DNA of 64,000 nt. It comes from an uncultured delta proteobacterium. GTDB taxonomy: Bacteria > Desulfobacterota > Binatia > Binatales > Binataceae. The translations under genes and the position numbers were made by a program. This document shows positions 41,814 to 52,759 of this stretch, one piece after another. The stretch is from the NCBI GenBank assembly GCA_963724765.1, contig CAVRVY010000001.1, positions 1,152,001-1,216,000 of the forward strand. Reading direction: 5' to 3'. Every line of letters begins with the position of its first letter. Position 1 is the first letter of the stretch. The notes beneath the pieces are model-generated. The model saw only the letters and a list, made by a program, of their open reading frames with translations, made no database searches and was not told where the DNA came from.

Positions 41814-43844
41814 ATGGCGAAGCGTTCCGGCAGTAACAGCGGTGTGTCACGCACTTCCGGCGGCATGTCACGCCAGGTAGAGACCGGGCCGGCCGCAGGG
41901 CCGCCGCTCGCCTCGCAATATCATGTTATCGAGGCGGTCACGCCGATGGTCGATTGCGGCCGATATCCCGTCAAACGCGTGAGCGGTGAACCGTGCGTGG
42001 TCGAGGCCGATATATTCCGCGACGGCGACCACGTGCTGCACGCCATGATCAAATGGCGGCCGAGGGGCGAGGCGCAATTTTCCGAATCGCCGATGGTGCA
42101 CGTGGACAACGATCGCTGGCGCGGAGAATTTCCCCTCGACCGCAACGACGGTTACCTTTTCACGATCCAGGCGTGGACCGATCTCTTCGCCTCGTGGGAA
42201 CGCGGGTTCAGCAAAAAGGCGCAAGCCGGACGCGATGTGGCCTCCGACCTGCTCGAGGGAATCGCCTTGATCGAGGCCGCCGCCCGCCGCGCACAGGACG
42301 CGGACCGCGCGGCGATTGACCTGGCGCTCGGGCGCTTGCGCGCGCTTGGCGACCCGCGCGATGCGCTTGAAATTGTTTCTGATCAGCAGTTACTCGACCT
42401 GATGGCGCGGGTGGGTGAGCGTTCCAGCCCTACCGAGTATCAGCCGTTGCTGAAAGTCGTGGCGGATCGGCCGCTGGCGCGCTGCGGCGCCTGGTACGAG
42501 ATGTTCCCGCGCTCGCAAGGGGAAGTCCCGGGGCGTGCTGCGACGCTGCGAGAGGCGGAGCGGCGGTTGCCTGAGATTCGTGATCTCGGCTTCGACGTCG
42601 TTTACCTCGCACCGATTCACCCGATCGGCCATTCGCATCGCAAGGGACCCAATAACTCGCTGACCCCGCTGCCTGACAGTCCCGGCAGCCCGTGGGCGAT
42701 CGGCGCCGAGGCCGGCGGCCATACCGCGATCGATCCGGCGCTCGGCGATCTCGACGACTTCGATCATTTCGTGTTAGCCGCGCGGCGGTTGGGACTGGAA
42801 GTGGCGCTCGACTTCGCGATCCAGTGTTCGCCCGACCATCCATGGGTGCACAAGCATCCCGAGTGGTTTCGTCATCGGCCCGACGGCTCGATCAAGTACG
42901 CAGAGAATCCGCCCAAGGAATACCAGGACATCTATCCGCTTGATTTCGAGGGGCCGGCGGCCGGGGCGTTGATGGAGGCGCTCAAGGAAGTGGTGCTGTT
43001 CTGGGTTGGCCACGGGGTGCGGATTTTCCGGGTCGACAATCCGCATACCAAGCCGGTGGAATTCTGGCGCTGGCTTATCGCAGAAGTGCAGGAGTGCCAT
43101 CCGGATACGATCTTTTTGGCCGAGGCGTTCACGCGGCCCAAGGTGATGATGGCGCTGGCCAAAGCGGGCTTTACTCAGTCATATACTTACTTCACCTGGC
43201 GCAATACCAAGGCGGAATTGACTGAATATCTGACCGAATTGAGCCAGCCGTCCGTGAGCGACTTTTTCCGGCCGAATTTCTTCACCAACACTCCCGACAT
43301 CCTGAGTCCGCTCCTGCAACGCTACGGACGCCCGGCGTTCAAGATGCGGCTGGTGCTGGCGGCGACCCTGTCGCCGTCCTACGGCATATACAGCGGCTAC
43401 GAATTGTGTGAGAACCAGGCTGTGCCGGGCACCGAGGACTACCTGAACTCCGAGAAGTACGAAATTCGCACGCGCGACTGGCACGCTCCGGGCAACATCA
43501 ACGAGTTCATCGCGCGCCTCAACGCGATCCGGCGCGAGCATCCCTGCTTCAGTCTATTTACCAACCTGCGCTTCCTGGAGACCGACAGCGACCAGATCCT
43601 GTGCTACGCCAAGGCCACGCCCGATGGCAATGTTATCCTGGTGGCGGTGAATCTAGATCCCGCCCAACCGCATTACTGCACCGCCGTGGTGCCGCCGCAA
43701 GTCGTAGGAGTCGCACCGGGCGAGAGCTACGGTGTGACCGACCTGCTGACGGGTTCATCGTGGACCTGGGGCGAGCGCAACTACGTGCGGCTCGATCCGG
43801 CGATCGAGCCGGCCCACGTTCTGCTGGTTACGAAACATACATGA
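41814..43844 (+). CDS. glgE: Alpha-1,4-glucan:maltose-1-phosphate maltosyltransferase
   Basis: WYEMFPRS, PIHPIG..RKGPNN, YAENPPK.YQDIYP, FRVDNPHTKP, FLAEAFT, QSYTYFTWRN. Confidence 0.96.
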   Translation: MAKRSGSNSGVSRTSGGMSRQVETGPAAGPPLASQYHVIEAVTPMVDCGRYPVKRVSGEPCVVEADIFRDGDHVLHAMIKWRPRGEAQFSESPMVHVDNDRWRGEFPLDRNDGYLFTIQAWTDLFASWERGFSKKAQAGRDVASDLLEGIALIEAAARRAQDADRAAIDLALGRLRALGDPRDALEIVSDQQLLDLMARVGERSSPTEYQPLLKVVADRPLARCGAWYEMFPRSQGEVPGRAATLREAERRLPEIRDLGFDVVYLAPIHPIGHSHRKGPNNSLTPLPDSPGSPWAIGAEAGGHTAIDPALGDLDDFDHFVLAARRLGLEVALDFAIQCSPDHPWVHKHPEWFRHRPDGSIKYAENPPKEYQDIYPLDFEGPAAGALMEALKEVVLFWVGHGVRIFRVDNPHTKPVEFWRWLIAEVQECHPDTIFLAEAFTRPKVMMALAKAGFTQSYTYFTWRNTKAELTEYLTELSQPSVSDFFRPNFFTNTPDILSPLLQRYGRPAFKMRLVLAATLSPSYGIYSGYELCENQAVPGTEDYLNSEKYEIRTRDWHAPGNINEFIARLNAIRREHPCFSLFTNLRFLETDSDQILCYAKATPDGNVILVAVNLDPAQPHYCTAVVPPQVVGVAPGESYGVTDLLTGSSWTWGERNYVRLDPAIEPAHVLLVTKHT

Positions 43845-46800
43845 AGAATGGCAACAACAATGGGTTACCCAACGATCCGCTGTGGTACAAGGACGCGATC
43901 TTTTACGAGCTGCGGGTGCGCTCGTTCTATGACAGCAACGGCGACGGAGTAGGGGATTTTCCCGGCCTGACGCGCAAGCTTGACTATTTGCGCGACCTCG
44001 GGATTACCACGATTTGGCTGCTCCCGTTCTATCCCTCGCCGATGCGCGATGATGGGTACGACATCTCCGACTACACCGGAGTGCATCCCGACTGCGGTAC
44101 GCTGCACGATTTCAAAGCTTTCCTGCGCGCGGCGCACGAGCGCGGGCTGCGCGTAGTGACGGAGCTGGTGCTCAACCATACCTCGGACCAACATCCGTGG
44201 TTTCAGCGCGCGCGCCGCTCGCCGCCGGGGAGTCCGTACCGCGACTTTTACGTCTGGAGCGATACGCCCGAGCGCTACAAGGAGGCGCGGGTCATCTTCA
44301 AGGACTTCGAGCTGTCGAATTGGACGTGGGATCCGGTGGCCAAGGCGTATTACTGGCATCGCTTCTACTCGCATCAGCCGGATCTGAACTACGACAATCC
44401 GGCGCTCAAGCGCGCGGCCTTTCGCGCAGTTCACTTCTGGTTCGGGATGGGCGTCGATGGGCTGCGCCTCGACGCGGTGCCTTACCTGTTCGAGCGCGAC
44501 GGCACGACTTGCGAGAATCTGCCCGAGACCCACGCTTTCCTGCGCGACTTGCGCCGTCACGTGGACGCGAATTTTCCCAACCGAATGCTGCTCGCGGAAG
44601 CCAATCAGTGGCCCGAAGACGCGGTTACCTATCTCGAAGGCGGCAAGGAATGTCACATGGCATTCCATTTTCCGATCATGCCGCGGATGTTCATGGCGGT
44701 GCGGATGGAAGATCGGTTTCCGCTAACCGACATCTGGGCGCAGACGCCGCCGATCGACGAGTCCTGCCAATGGGCGATCTTCCTGCGCAATCACGACGAG
44801 CTGACGCTCGAGATGGTGACCGAGGAGGAGCGCGACTTCATGTACCGCGCCTACGCGCGCGAGTCGCGGATGCGGGTCAACCTGGGTATCCGGCGCCGGC
44901 TGGCGCCGCTGCTCGGCAACAATCGCCGCGCGATGGAACTGATGAACGGGCTGCTGCTTTCGCTGCCCGGGACCCCGGTCATTTACTACGGCGACGAAAT
45001 CGGGATGGGCGATAACATCTATCTCGGCGACCGCGATGGCGTGCGCACGCCGATGCAGTGGAGTGGAGATCGCAACGCGGGCTTTTCGGAGACCGATCCG
45101 CAGCGGCTCATCCTGCCGGTGATTATCGATCACGAGTACCACTACCAGACTGTCAACGTGGAGAACCAGGAACACAACCTGCACTCGATGCTGTGGTGGA
45201 TGCGCCGGCTGATCGCGTTGCGCAAGCAGTTCAAAGCCTTCGGCCGCGGTACCGTGGAGTTCCTCAGCCCCGAGAATTCGCACGTGCTGGCTTTTCTGCG
45301 CATCTACCAGGACGAGCGCATCCTGGTGGTCGCCAATCTTTCGCGTTTTGTGCAATACGCCGAATTCGACCTCGCGCGTTTCAAGGGAATGGTGCCGGTG
45401 GAGTTGTTCGGGCGCACTGACTTTCCGGCGATCACTGAAAAGCCCTACCTGCTCACGCTCGGCCCGCATCTGTTCGACTGGTTTTCGATCCAGCCGCCGC
45501 GCCATGCTCCGGCCGTGGTCGAGGTCGCGAGCAACGAGGTCGCGCGCATCGAAAGCTCGGCTGGATGGGACGGCTTCATGCGCGGCGAGGGCTGGGAGAT
45601 GCTGGCCAAGGCGATGCCGGATTTTCTGCCGCGATGCCGATGGTTCCGCAGCAAAGCGCGCTCGATAAAGGCGGTCAAGGTGGCCGACACGATGGCGCTG
45701 ATCGAGGGCCCCGGCGGAGCCCATCTGGTCCTGGCCAACGTCGAATACAGCAACGCCGAACCCGAGACCTACGTAATACCGCTCGCTCTGGAAGCCAACG
45801 GCGCCGCGACGGCCGAGGGCCATCCGGAGTTGACCGTTGCCCATCTGCGGCTCACGGGTGCGCGCAATAACATGGTCGAGGGGCGGCTGTTCGAGGCCTC
45901 GGCCGACCCGCGCTTTGCCTGCGCGATGCTCGAACTGGTCGAGCGCCGCCGCCGCGTACGCGGCCAGCGTGGCGAGCTTATCGGGACGGCCGTGCCGGCG
46001 TGGCGCGGGCTGCGGGGCGATCGCGAAAGCCCGTGCGAGCCGCGCGCGCTCAAGGCCGAGCAGAGCAACTCCTCGATCGTTTATGGTGACCGTCTGATCC
46101 TGAAGCTCTTTCGCATGCTTGATCCGGGCGTCAATCCCGACCTCGAGATCGGCCGCATGCTCGACGCGCACGCGCACTTCGCCCACACGCCGCCGCTTGC
46201 CGGATGGTTGGAGTACCAGGCCGGACGCGACGAACCGCGCACGATTGGCGTGCTGCACGGTTTCATACCCAACCAGGGCGACGCCTGGACGCATACGCAG
46301 GGCGAGCTCAGCCAGTATTTCGAGCGCGCGCTCACCAACAAAGGCCGTACCGTCGAGCTGCCGGCCAAGCCGCTGGTCGACCTGGTGGCAGAAGATCAAC
46401 CGGGGTCGATGGTCACGGAGGCTATCGGAGCGTTTCTGGAAACGGCGGGGCTGCTGGGGCGGCGCACCGCCGAGCTGCATGCTGCTCTGGCCGCGGCCAC
46501 CGACGATCCCAACTTTGCTCCCGAACTCTACTCGACGCTCTATCAGCGCTCGGAGTACCAATCGATGCGCAATCTCGCCGGCCAGGTGTTTCGCATGCTG
46601 CGTGCACGGCTGGCATTTTTGCCGGAGAGCGAACACGCAAAGGCCAGCGACCTGCTCGCGAACCAGGAGATCGTGACCGCGCGCTTCCAGGAATATTTGC
46701 GGCGCAGATTCACTGTCACGCGCATCCGCACTCACGGCGACTTGCATCTCGGTCAGGTGCTGCAAGCGGGCAAGGACTTCGTCATAATCGACTTCGAGGG

Positions 46801-47191
46801 TGAGCCGGCGCGGCCGCTGAGCGAGCGGCGGCGCAAGCGCTCGGCGCTGCGTGACGTCTCGGGGATGCTGCGCTCGTTTCACTACGCCGCGATGGGTTCG
46901 ATGCTCGATCATTTGCGGGCGGGCACGCTGAGTCCGAGCGTGCTCGACGCGCTGGGGCCGTGGGCGCGGCTGTGGCAGATATGGGCCTCGTGGGCGTACT
47001 TAAAGGAATACTTGAAGGCGGCCAATGGAGCGGATTTCATCCCTCGCGATCGCGAAGAACTGAGAATCCTGCTTGACGCCTTTTTGCTCGACAAGGCGAT
47101 TTACGAGCTGAGCTACGAATTGAATAACCGCCCCGACTGGGTGGCGATTCCGCTGCAAGGGGTCAGCCAGGTTCTCAGCGGAGCGGTCTAA
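43841..47191 (+). CDS. treS: Trehalose synthase-maltokinase fusion (TreS-Mak/Pep2)
   Basis: [35 protein letters not shown]; C-terminal [22 protein letters not shown]; ATGA overlap with glgE. Confidence 0.96.
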   Translation: MKNGNNNGLPNDPLWYKDAIFYELRVRSFYDSNGDGVGDFPGLTRKLDYLRDLGITTIWLLPFYPSPMRDDGYDISDYTGVHPDCGTLHDFKAFLRAAHERGLRVVTELVLNHTSDQHPWFQRARRSPPGSPYRDFYVWSDTPERYKEARVIFKDFELSNWTWDPVAKAYYWHRFYSHQPDLNYDNPALKRAAFRAVHFWFGMGVDGLRLDAVPYLFERDGTTCENLPETHAFLRDLRRHVDANFPNRMLLAEANQWPEDAVTYLEGGKECHMAFHFPIMPRMFMAVRMEDRFPLTDIWAQTPPIDESCQWAIFLRNHDELTLEMVTEEERDFMYRAYARESRMRVNLGIRRRLAPLLGNNRRAMELMNGLLLSLPGTPVIYYGDEIGMGDNIYLGDRDGVRTPMQWSGDRNAGFSETDPQRLILPVIIDHEYHYQTVNVENQEHNLHSMLWWMRRLIALRKQFKAFGRGTVEFLSPENSHVLAFLRIYQDERILVVANLSRFVQYAEFDLARFKGMVPVELFGRTDFPAITEKPYLLTLGPHLFDWFSIQPPRHAPAVVEVASNEVARIESSAGWDGFMRGEGWEMLAKAMPDFLPRCRWFRSKARSIKAVKVADTMALIEGPGGAHLVLANVEYSNAEPETYVIPLALEANGAATAEGHPELTVAHLRLTGARNNMVEGRLFEASADPRFACAMLELVERRRRVRGQRGELIGTAVPAWRGLRGDRESPCEPRALKAEQSNSSIVYGDRLILKLFRMLDPGVNPDLEIGRMLDAHAHFAHTPPLAGWLEYQAGRDEPRTIGVLHGFIPNQGDAWTHTQGELSQYFERALTNKGRTVELPAKPLVDLVAEDQPGSMVTEAIGAFLETAGLLGRRTAELHAALAAATDDPNFAPELYSTLYQRSEYQSMRNLAGQVFRMLRARLAFLPESEHAKASDLLANQEIVTARFQEYLRRRFTVTRIRTHGDLHLGQVLQAGKDFVIIDFEGEPARPLSERRRKRSALRDVSGMLRSFHYAAMGSMLDHLRAGTLSPSVLDALGPWARLWQIWASWAYLKEYLKAANGADFIPRDREELRILLDAFLLDKAIYELSYELNNRPDWVAIPLQGVSQVLSGAV

Positions 47192-47223
47192 GAAGCGAAA
47201 CCGAAACAGGAAGCGCAGCCATA

Positions 47224-49437
47224 ATGGTCTCTGATATAGCGGCCGCGGGCCGTCAGGATGCGGCCGACGGCCTGGAGCGCCTGGTCGCGCTCGAACATCT
47301 CGATCCGCATTCCATCCTTGGCGCCCACGCCGAGGCCGACGGTGTCGTGGTGCGGGCGTTCCGGCCTGATGCCGAACGCGTCGCGTTGCTCATCGACGGC
47401 GAAGAGAGCGGGCGCGAGATGGCGCGCGTTCATCCGGCGGGAATCTTCGAGCTACGGTTGAAAGGCCGGCGCGAGCTGTTCGCTTACCGGCTCGAGATTT
47501 TTTTTCGTGGTGGCTCCTCGGCCACGATTCGCGACCCGTACTGCTTTCTCCCAACGCTCGGTGACCTCGACCTCTATTTGTTGGGCGAGCTCAAGCACGA
47601 GCGTCCTTACGAGGTGCTCGGCGCGCATCCGCGCGAGCTGGGCGGCGTCGCCGGCGTGGCGTTCGCGGTCTGGGCGCCCAATGCACGCGGCCTTAGCGTG
47701 GTTGGCGATTTTAATGGATGGGACGGCCGCATCCACATGATGCGTTCGATGGGCGGGTCGGGAATCTGGGAGCTGTTTATCCCGGGGCTTGCGACAGGCG
47801 CGCGCTACAAGTACGAAATTCGCCCGCACGAGGGCCCGCCTTACCTCAAGACCGATCCGTGGGCGGCTGCGCTGGAGGTGCCGCCGGCGACCGCGTCGAT
47901 CATTTATCGATCGAGCTACCGCTTCGAGGACGAGCAGTGGATGGCGGCGCGGGCGGCGCGCGACGCGCTGCGCACGCCGGTTTCAATCTACGAAGTCCAT
48001 CTCGGCTCGTGGCGGCGCGTCCTGCAGGAGCGCAACCGCTGGCTCACTTACCGCGAGCTGGGCCCCGCACTCGCCGACTACGTGACCGAACTCGGCTTCA
48101 CGCACGTCGAACTGATGCCCGTGATGGAGCATCCGTTCAGCGGCTCGTGGGGCTACCAGGTGAGCGGCTACTTCGCGCCGACCTCGCGTTTCGGCACACC
48201 CGACGACTTCCGTTTTTTTATCGACTATCTCCACCGCCGCGGCATCGGCGTGATTCTCGACTGGGTGCCGGGCCACTTTCCGACCGACGCCTTCGCACTC
48301 GCGCGCTTCGACGGCACCGCGCTCTACGAGCATCTCGACCCGCGCATGGGGTTTCATCCGGAGTGGGGCACTTACGTTTTCAACTTCGGCCGTACCGAGG
48401 TGCGCAACTTCCTGCTCGGCAGCGCGGAGTGCTGGCTGCGCGAGTTCCACGCCGACGGCCTGCGCGTCGACGCGGTCGCCTCGATGCTCTATCTCGACTA
48501 CGCGCGGCGCGAGGGCGAATGGATTCCCAATGCACAGGGCGGGCGTGAGAACCTCGAGGCGGTCGCTTTCCTGCGCATGCTCAACGAGCAGGCCTATACG
48601 CGCAACCCCGGCGTCATGACGCTGGCCGAGGAGTCAACCTCGTGGCCGGCCGTGAGCCGCCCGACCTACGCCGGCGGCCTGGGCTTCGGCTTCAAGTGGG
48701 ACATGGGCTGGATGCACGACACGCTGGAGTATTTCGCCCTGGATCCGGTGCATCGCCGCTGGCACCATCGCGATCTCACCTTCGGCATGCTGTACGCGTG
48801 GAACGAGAATTTCGTCCTGCCGCTCTCGCACGACGAGATTGTCCACGGCAAGAGCTCGATGCTCTCCAAGATGCCCGGCGATCGCTGGCAAAAGTTCGCC
48901 AACCTGCGCGCGCTCTATGGCTACATGTGGGCGCGGCCGGGCAAGAAGCTGCTTTTCATGGGCAGCGAGTTCGGCCAGTGGAAGGAATGGAACTACGACG
49001 AGAGCCTGGATTGGGACGTGCTCCAGGGCAGCGAGCATCGCGGACTCCAGGCGCTGGTGGGCGAGCTCAACCGGTTTTATCGTGCGCAGCCGGCGCTGTG
49101 GGAGGACCACGACCACGCGGGCTTTCAATGGATCGCCGCTGACAACGCCGACGACAACCTGATCGCCTTCATGCGGATTGCCCCGACGAGCGGCGAGCGC
49201 TTGATCTGCGTCGGCAATTTCTCGCCCGTGCCGCGCTTCAAGTACCGCATCGGCGTGCCCCGCCTCGGCTATTATCGCGAGATTCTCAATACCGACGCCG
49301 CGCTCTGGGGCGGCAGCAACACCGGCAACTCGGGCGGCGTCACGGCCGAGCCGGTTCCGTACAACGGCCTGCCGTATTCCATTTCGCTCACGCTGCCGCC
49401 GCTCGGCGTGTTGTGGTTCGATGTGCCGCGCGACTAA
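47224..49437 (+). CDS. glgB: 1,4-alpha-glucan branching enzyme
   Basis: [47 protein letters not shown]. Confidence 0.97.
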   Translation: MVSDIAAAGRQDAADGLERLVALEHLDPHSILGAHAEADGVVVRAFRPDAERVALLIDGEESGREMARVHPAGIFELRLKGRRELFAYRLEIFFRGGSSATIRDPYCFLPTLGDLDLYLLGELKHERPYEVLGAHPRELGGVAGVAFAVWAPNARGLSVVGDFNGWDGRIHMMRSMGGSGIWELFIPGLATGARYKYEIRPHEGPPYLKTDPWAAALEVPPATASIIYRSSYRFEDEQWMAARAARDALRTPVSIYEVHLGSWRRVLQERNRWLTYRELGPALADYVTELGFTHVELMPVMEHPFSGSWGYQVSGYFAPTSRFGTPDDFRFFIDYLHRRGIGVILDWVPGHFPTDAFALARFDGTALYEHLDPRMGFHPEWGTYVFNFGRTEVRNFLLGSAECWLREFHADGLRVDAVASMLYLDYARREGEWIPNAQGGRENLEAVAFLRMLNEQAYTRNPGVMTLAEESTSWPAVSRPTYAGGLGFGFKWDMGWMHDTLEYFALDPVHRRWHHRDLTFGMLYAWNENFVLPLSHDEIVHGKSSMLSKMPGDRWQKFANLRALYGYMWARPGKKLLFMGSEFGQWKEWNYDESLDWDVLQGSEHRGLQALVGELNRFYRAQPALWEDHDHAGFQWIAADNADDNLIAFMRIAPTSGERLICVGNFSPVPRFKYRIGVPRLGYYREILNTDAALWGGSNTGNSGGVTAEPVPYNGLPYSISLTLPPLGVLWFDVPRD

Positions 49438-49456
49438 GCCGGCGGCCCAAGATTCC

Positions 49457-49484
49457 TTGCAAACCGGTCGAGAGCGGCTATGAT
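49457..49484 (+). promoter_or_regulatory. Candidate sigma70 promoter
   Basis: TTGCAA-N16-TATGAT ahead of the GGAGGAGG RBS of the NTF2 gene. Confidence 0.55.
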
Positions 49485-49531
49485 GCGCGCTGAAAGTGGC
49501 CGACTGGCGCCTGGAGGAGGGAATCCCTGCG

Positions 49532-50080
49532 ATGAAGACCGTTGAAGAAACGCTCGCCGAACTGGTTGATCGCGAAGAGATCCGCGACCTGCCGATGCGC
49601 TACTGCGACTGCGTGTGGCGTGGCGACGTGGCCGGAATCGTCGACCTCTTTTCCGCCGACGGATCGTTCATCGTCAAGACGCCCGATTCAGAAAGCGTCA
49701 ACAAGGGGCGCGAGGCCCTGCTTAAGAAGTATGCCGAGGATCTGCGCAGGCTGACGCCGCGTCCTTACATTCACAACCATGTGGTCGAGCTGGGTTACTA
49801 TGGCCGCGCGACCGGACGATGCTACGTCGAATTGCGCAATGCCAGCCGCAACATGGAATGGTTCGGAACCGGCCACTATCTCGACGAGTACGTGAAAGTG
49901 GGCGATCACTGGAAATTCGCGTCGCGCTACTTTACCGCTGTTCGTTTCGACGCCGCTCCCGCGAAAGCCGCCATCCGTGCGAAGCCCGCGCGCAAGGCGG
50001 CCGCCGGGTCGAAGCCCGCCAAGGCAAAAGCGGTACCGCGCAAGAGGGCCGCCCCCGCGAGGCGCAAAGTCAAACGCTGA
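49532..50080 (+). CDS. NTF2/SnoaL-like protein with Lys/Ala/Pro/Arg-rich tail
   Basis: DREEIRDL..RYC..W.GD, LFSADG, IHNHVVE, G.YLDEYVK..WKFASR. Confidence 0.85.
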   Translation: MKTVEETLAELVDREEIRDLPMRYCDCVWRGDVAGIVDLFSADGSFIVKTPDSESVNKGREALLKKYAEDLRRLTPRPYIHNHVVELGYYGRATGRCYVELRNASRNMEWFGTGHYLDEYVKVGDHWKFASRYFTAVRFDAAPAKAAIRAKPARKAAAGSKPAKAKAVPRKRAAPARRKVKR

Positions 50081-50137
50081 CGAGTTCACGGTTGCGCGTC
50101 AGCTACGCGTTGCCGACGGTATCGCCGCGCTTGCGCG

Positions 50138-50398
50138 TCAGCGGCGCGCCGCGCGGTACAAGGCTCGTGCGATCTGAGCTATCCCGGCTGCGGCCGCGAC
50201 TGCGGCCAGGACGGCAATCGCGCTGTAATACGGCTCGGAAATGAAATAGGTGGCGGGGCCGAGCGCCGTTACAAACATCATCTCGTTGAGGTCGCGATGC
50301 GGCGAGTGGCCGCGCAGCCACAGAAAGAGCGTCACGCCCGCGAAGAGCGCGATTTCGCCCCACAGCACCTCCTCCACGGTCCGCCTTGGCGGTTGCAT
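50138..50398 (-). CDS. Small membrane protein, hypothetical
   Basis: Hydrophobic segments; starts 6 bp after the NMO gene stop. Confidence 0.55.
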   Translation of the reverse strand: MQPPRRTVEEVLWGEIALFAGVTLFLWLRGHSPHRDLNEMMFVTALGPATYFISEPYYSAIAVLAAVAAAAGIAQIARALYRAARR

Positions 50399-50404
50399 CG
50401 GTTA

Positions 50405-51406
50405 TTAGCGCGCGGGCGTGAGGGAGTAAGGCGACCGCGAGTCCGCGCCCAGCAGCGATTGCGCGCCGCGCAGGCTCTCTTCAGTCTCGCGCAAAAGGTC
50501 CGTGAATACCTCGGCGGCGGGCTTGATGCTATCGATCAGGCCGGCGCCCTGGCCGGTCGGCATGAAAGTGCGGTCAGGGTCGGCCATCTGGCCTTCGCGG
50601 CCCGAAAATCCCATCACGCCGTTGCGATACGAGACGCGCACCTGTTCCGGAAACGGCTTGATCTTCCCCGGGTCGCGCTCCCACTCGAGCGCGTAGGCGG
50701 TGCGAATCACGCGGCACGGCTTGCCCGTGTAGCATCGCGTGCGCAGCGTGGAATCGTCGCGCGCGTGGACGATCGCGTCGCGGTAGACCGGGGCCGCCTG
50801 CGCCTCGGGAGTCGCGATGAAGCGCGTACCGATAACCACGGCTTGCGCCCCGAGCGTCAGCGCGGCGGCGACCTGGCTGCCATGCGCGATACCGCCGGCC
50901 GCGAGCACCGGCAAGCGGACCGCGCGGATCATCTGCGGCACCAGCGACATCATTCCGATCTCGCCGGTATGGCCACCGGCCTCCGAGCCCTGCGCGACGA
51001 CCACGTCTGCGCCGGCCTGCGCGGCCTTCTCGCCGTGATGCACCTTGCCGCACATCACGACCACTTTCATGCCGTGCTCGTGCATGGTGCGGATGAACTC
51101 GGCGGGGACGGCGAGGCCGGCGACGAAAATTGTTACTTTCTCCTCGATCAGGACCGGCATGTGCGGCCGCATCAGGTCGGGAATCGGCGCCAGCAGGTCG
51201 ACCGCGAACGGCTTGTCGGTGAGTTCGCGCGTGCGGCGGATTTCCTCGCGCAACTCCGCCGGCGAGCATCCGGCCGCGCCGATAACGCCGAGGCCGCCCG
51301 CGTTGGAGACCGCGGCGGCCAGCCGATGCATCGCCACGCCCCCCATCCCGGCGAGCAGAATCGGATACTCGATACCGAAATAGTCGCAAATCGGAGTGTG
51401 AAGCAC
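50405..51406 (-). CDS. Nitronate monooxygenase/FabK-like FMN enzyme
   Basis: PILLAGMGG, AVSNAGGLG, QGSEAGGHTG, AAGGI, GTRFIATPE, GQGAGLI. Confidence 0.92.
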   Translation of the reverse strand: MLHTPICDYFGIEYPILLAGMGGVAMHRLAAAVSNAGGLGVIGAAGCSPAELREEIRRTRELTDKPFAVDLLAPIPDLMRPHMPVLIEEKVTIFVAGLAVPAEFIRTMHEHGMKVVVMCGKVHHGEKAAQAGADVVVAQGSEAGGHTGEIGMMSLVPQMIRAVRLPVLAAGGIAHGSQVAAALTLGAQAVVIGTRFIATPEAQAAPVYRDAIVHARDDSTLRTRCYTGKPCRVIRTAYALEWERDPGKIKPFPEQVRVSYRNGVMGFSGREGQMADPDRTFMPTGQGAGLIDSIKPAAEVFTDLLRETEESLRGAQSLLGADSRSPYSLTPAR

Positions 51407-51438
51407 CGCGTCTGTCCTCCACTTGCCTCTACTCGCCG

Positions 51439-52521
51439 CTACTTAAACAGCGGGAAAACCATCTCCGCGAAATCCCGATAAACCTTGCGCTCGCGATCCA
51501 TCGGAGGCCATAGCACGGTTTCGCGCATGCCTGCCTTCTCGCTGGCGCGGATTTGCTCCGCGATCTCTTCGGGCCGCCCAATCAGGCAGCCCGCGCGTAT
51601 CGCCTCGGGCGTCACGAAGCGGCGCTCCTCGGGCTGCATGTAGACTAGGTGTCCTTCGTGGATCTGACGAAAGCGCGCGTTCTCGGGCAGGCTGAAATTT
51701 TTGACGCGCTTCAGGTAGTCCTCCCACATATTGGCGAAGTGCGGCGGTATCAGTTCGTCCTTTTCGCCCAGGTCTTTCCAAATTTCGTAGAAGAAATGCA
51801 GCTCGCACATCACCCATGATCCGGTTTCGTCGATCACGCGGTCGTCGGTGAGCTTTTCGCCCGGGCGCAGCACGCATCCGGTGGTGATGAAGGCGGTATG
51901 GAAATCCGCCGGCAGCTCACGTTTGGCGTGCGCCGCTCCCTGCCCGATTTTATCCAGCTTTTGTTTGGTCACATGCGGCTGCCCGCCAACTGTGATCCAT
52001 CCGTCGGCGTACGCGCCAGTTGCTTCCAACGCCTTCGGCCCGTTGGCAGCGGCGTAGATCGGAATCCGCGGCGTGAGGTTGATGAAGTGGCGATCGAGAT
52101 GGAGGAACTTTATTTCGCGCGTTTTTCCCCGATACTCGTAGTCCACGGCTTCGCCGTCGAGCAGGGCCCGGACCACGCGCAGGTACTCGCGAAACTCGCT
52201 CGTGCGCATCGGATCCTGTCCCATCACCCGCATCGCGGTGTGCCCGGTGCCGATCCCGAGAAATACGCGGCCCGGCGCAATCTGATTGATGCTCGCGATG
52301 GAATGTGCGGTCACCGGGGCCAGGCGCGTGCCGGTGATCGCGACGCCGGTGCCGATCTTTATGCGTTTGGTGTTAGCCGCCGCCAGCGCCATCGTCGCGT
52401 AACAGTCCGACCAGATCATCTGCGAATCGCCGACCCACGCGCGATCGAAGCCCAGTTCTTCGACATAGCGAATCACGTCCCAGTTGCCGATATGCGTGCT
52501 TACGCCAATTCCAAATTCCAT
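51439..52521 (-). CDS. LLM-class oxidoreductase (Mer/F420-type subfamily)
   Basis: WVGDSQMIWSD, IGTGVA, APGRVFLGIGTG, AANGPKALE. Confidence 0.9.
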   Translation of the reverse strand: MEFGIGVSTHIGNWDVIRYVEELGFDRAWVGDSQMIWSDCYATMALAAANTKRIKIGTGVAITGTRLAPVTAHSIASINQIAPGRVFLGIGTGHTAMRVMGQDPMRTSEFREYLRVVRALLDGEAVDYEYRGKTREIKFLHLDRHFINLTPRIPIYAAANGPKALEATGAYADGWITVGGQPHVTKQKLDKIGQGAAHAKRELPADFHTAFITTGCVLRPGEKLTDDRVIDETGSWVMCELHFFYEIWKDLGEKDELIPPHFANMWEDYLKRVKNFSLPENARFRQIHEGHLVYMQPEERRFVTPEAIRAGCLIGRPEEIAEQIRASEKAGMRETVLWPPMDRERKVYRDFAEMVFPLFK

Positions 52522-52759
52522 CGCGACCTCCGGTTTGTGCGGCTGCTGCTGCCGGAACGAGGATTAACAAAAGTCCGTCCGCGGAGCCATCACCGACTCT
52601 TAAGCATAACCTTTGAGCAAAACCCTTGAGAAAGACGGCGGCCTGAGGCAGTCTCGCATTCTACGGCGCGAGCGGCGTAATGGGCTGGACAGGAACCCGC
52701 GTCGGCGCGAGCCGCGCGAGGACGAGCTGCAGGCGGACCATTTCGATGGAGGAGCAATC

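Noticed and set aside
41814-49437. TreS-maltokinase fusion in glgE-treS-glgB as a novelty
   Set aside because: Well-known GlgE pathway organisation; the fusion is common. The track start at 43601 is a spurious extension.
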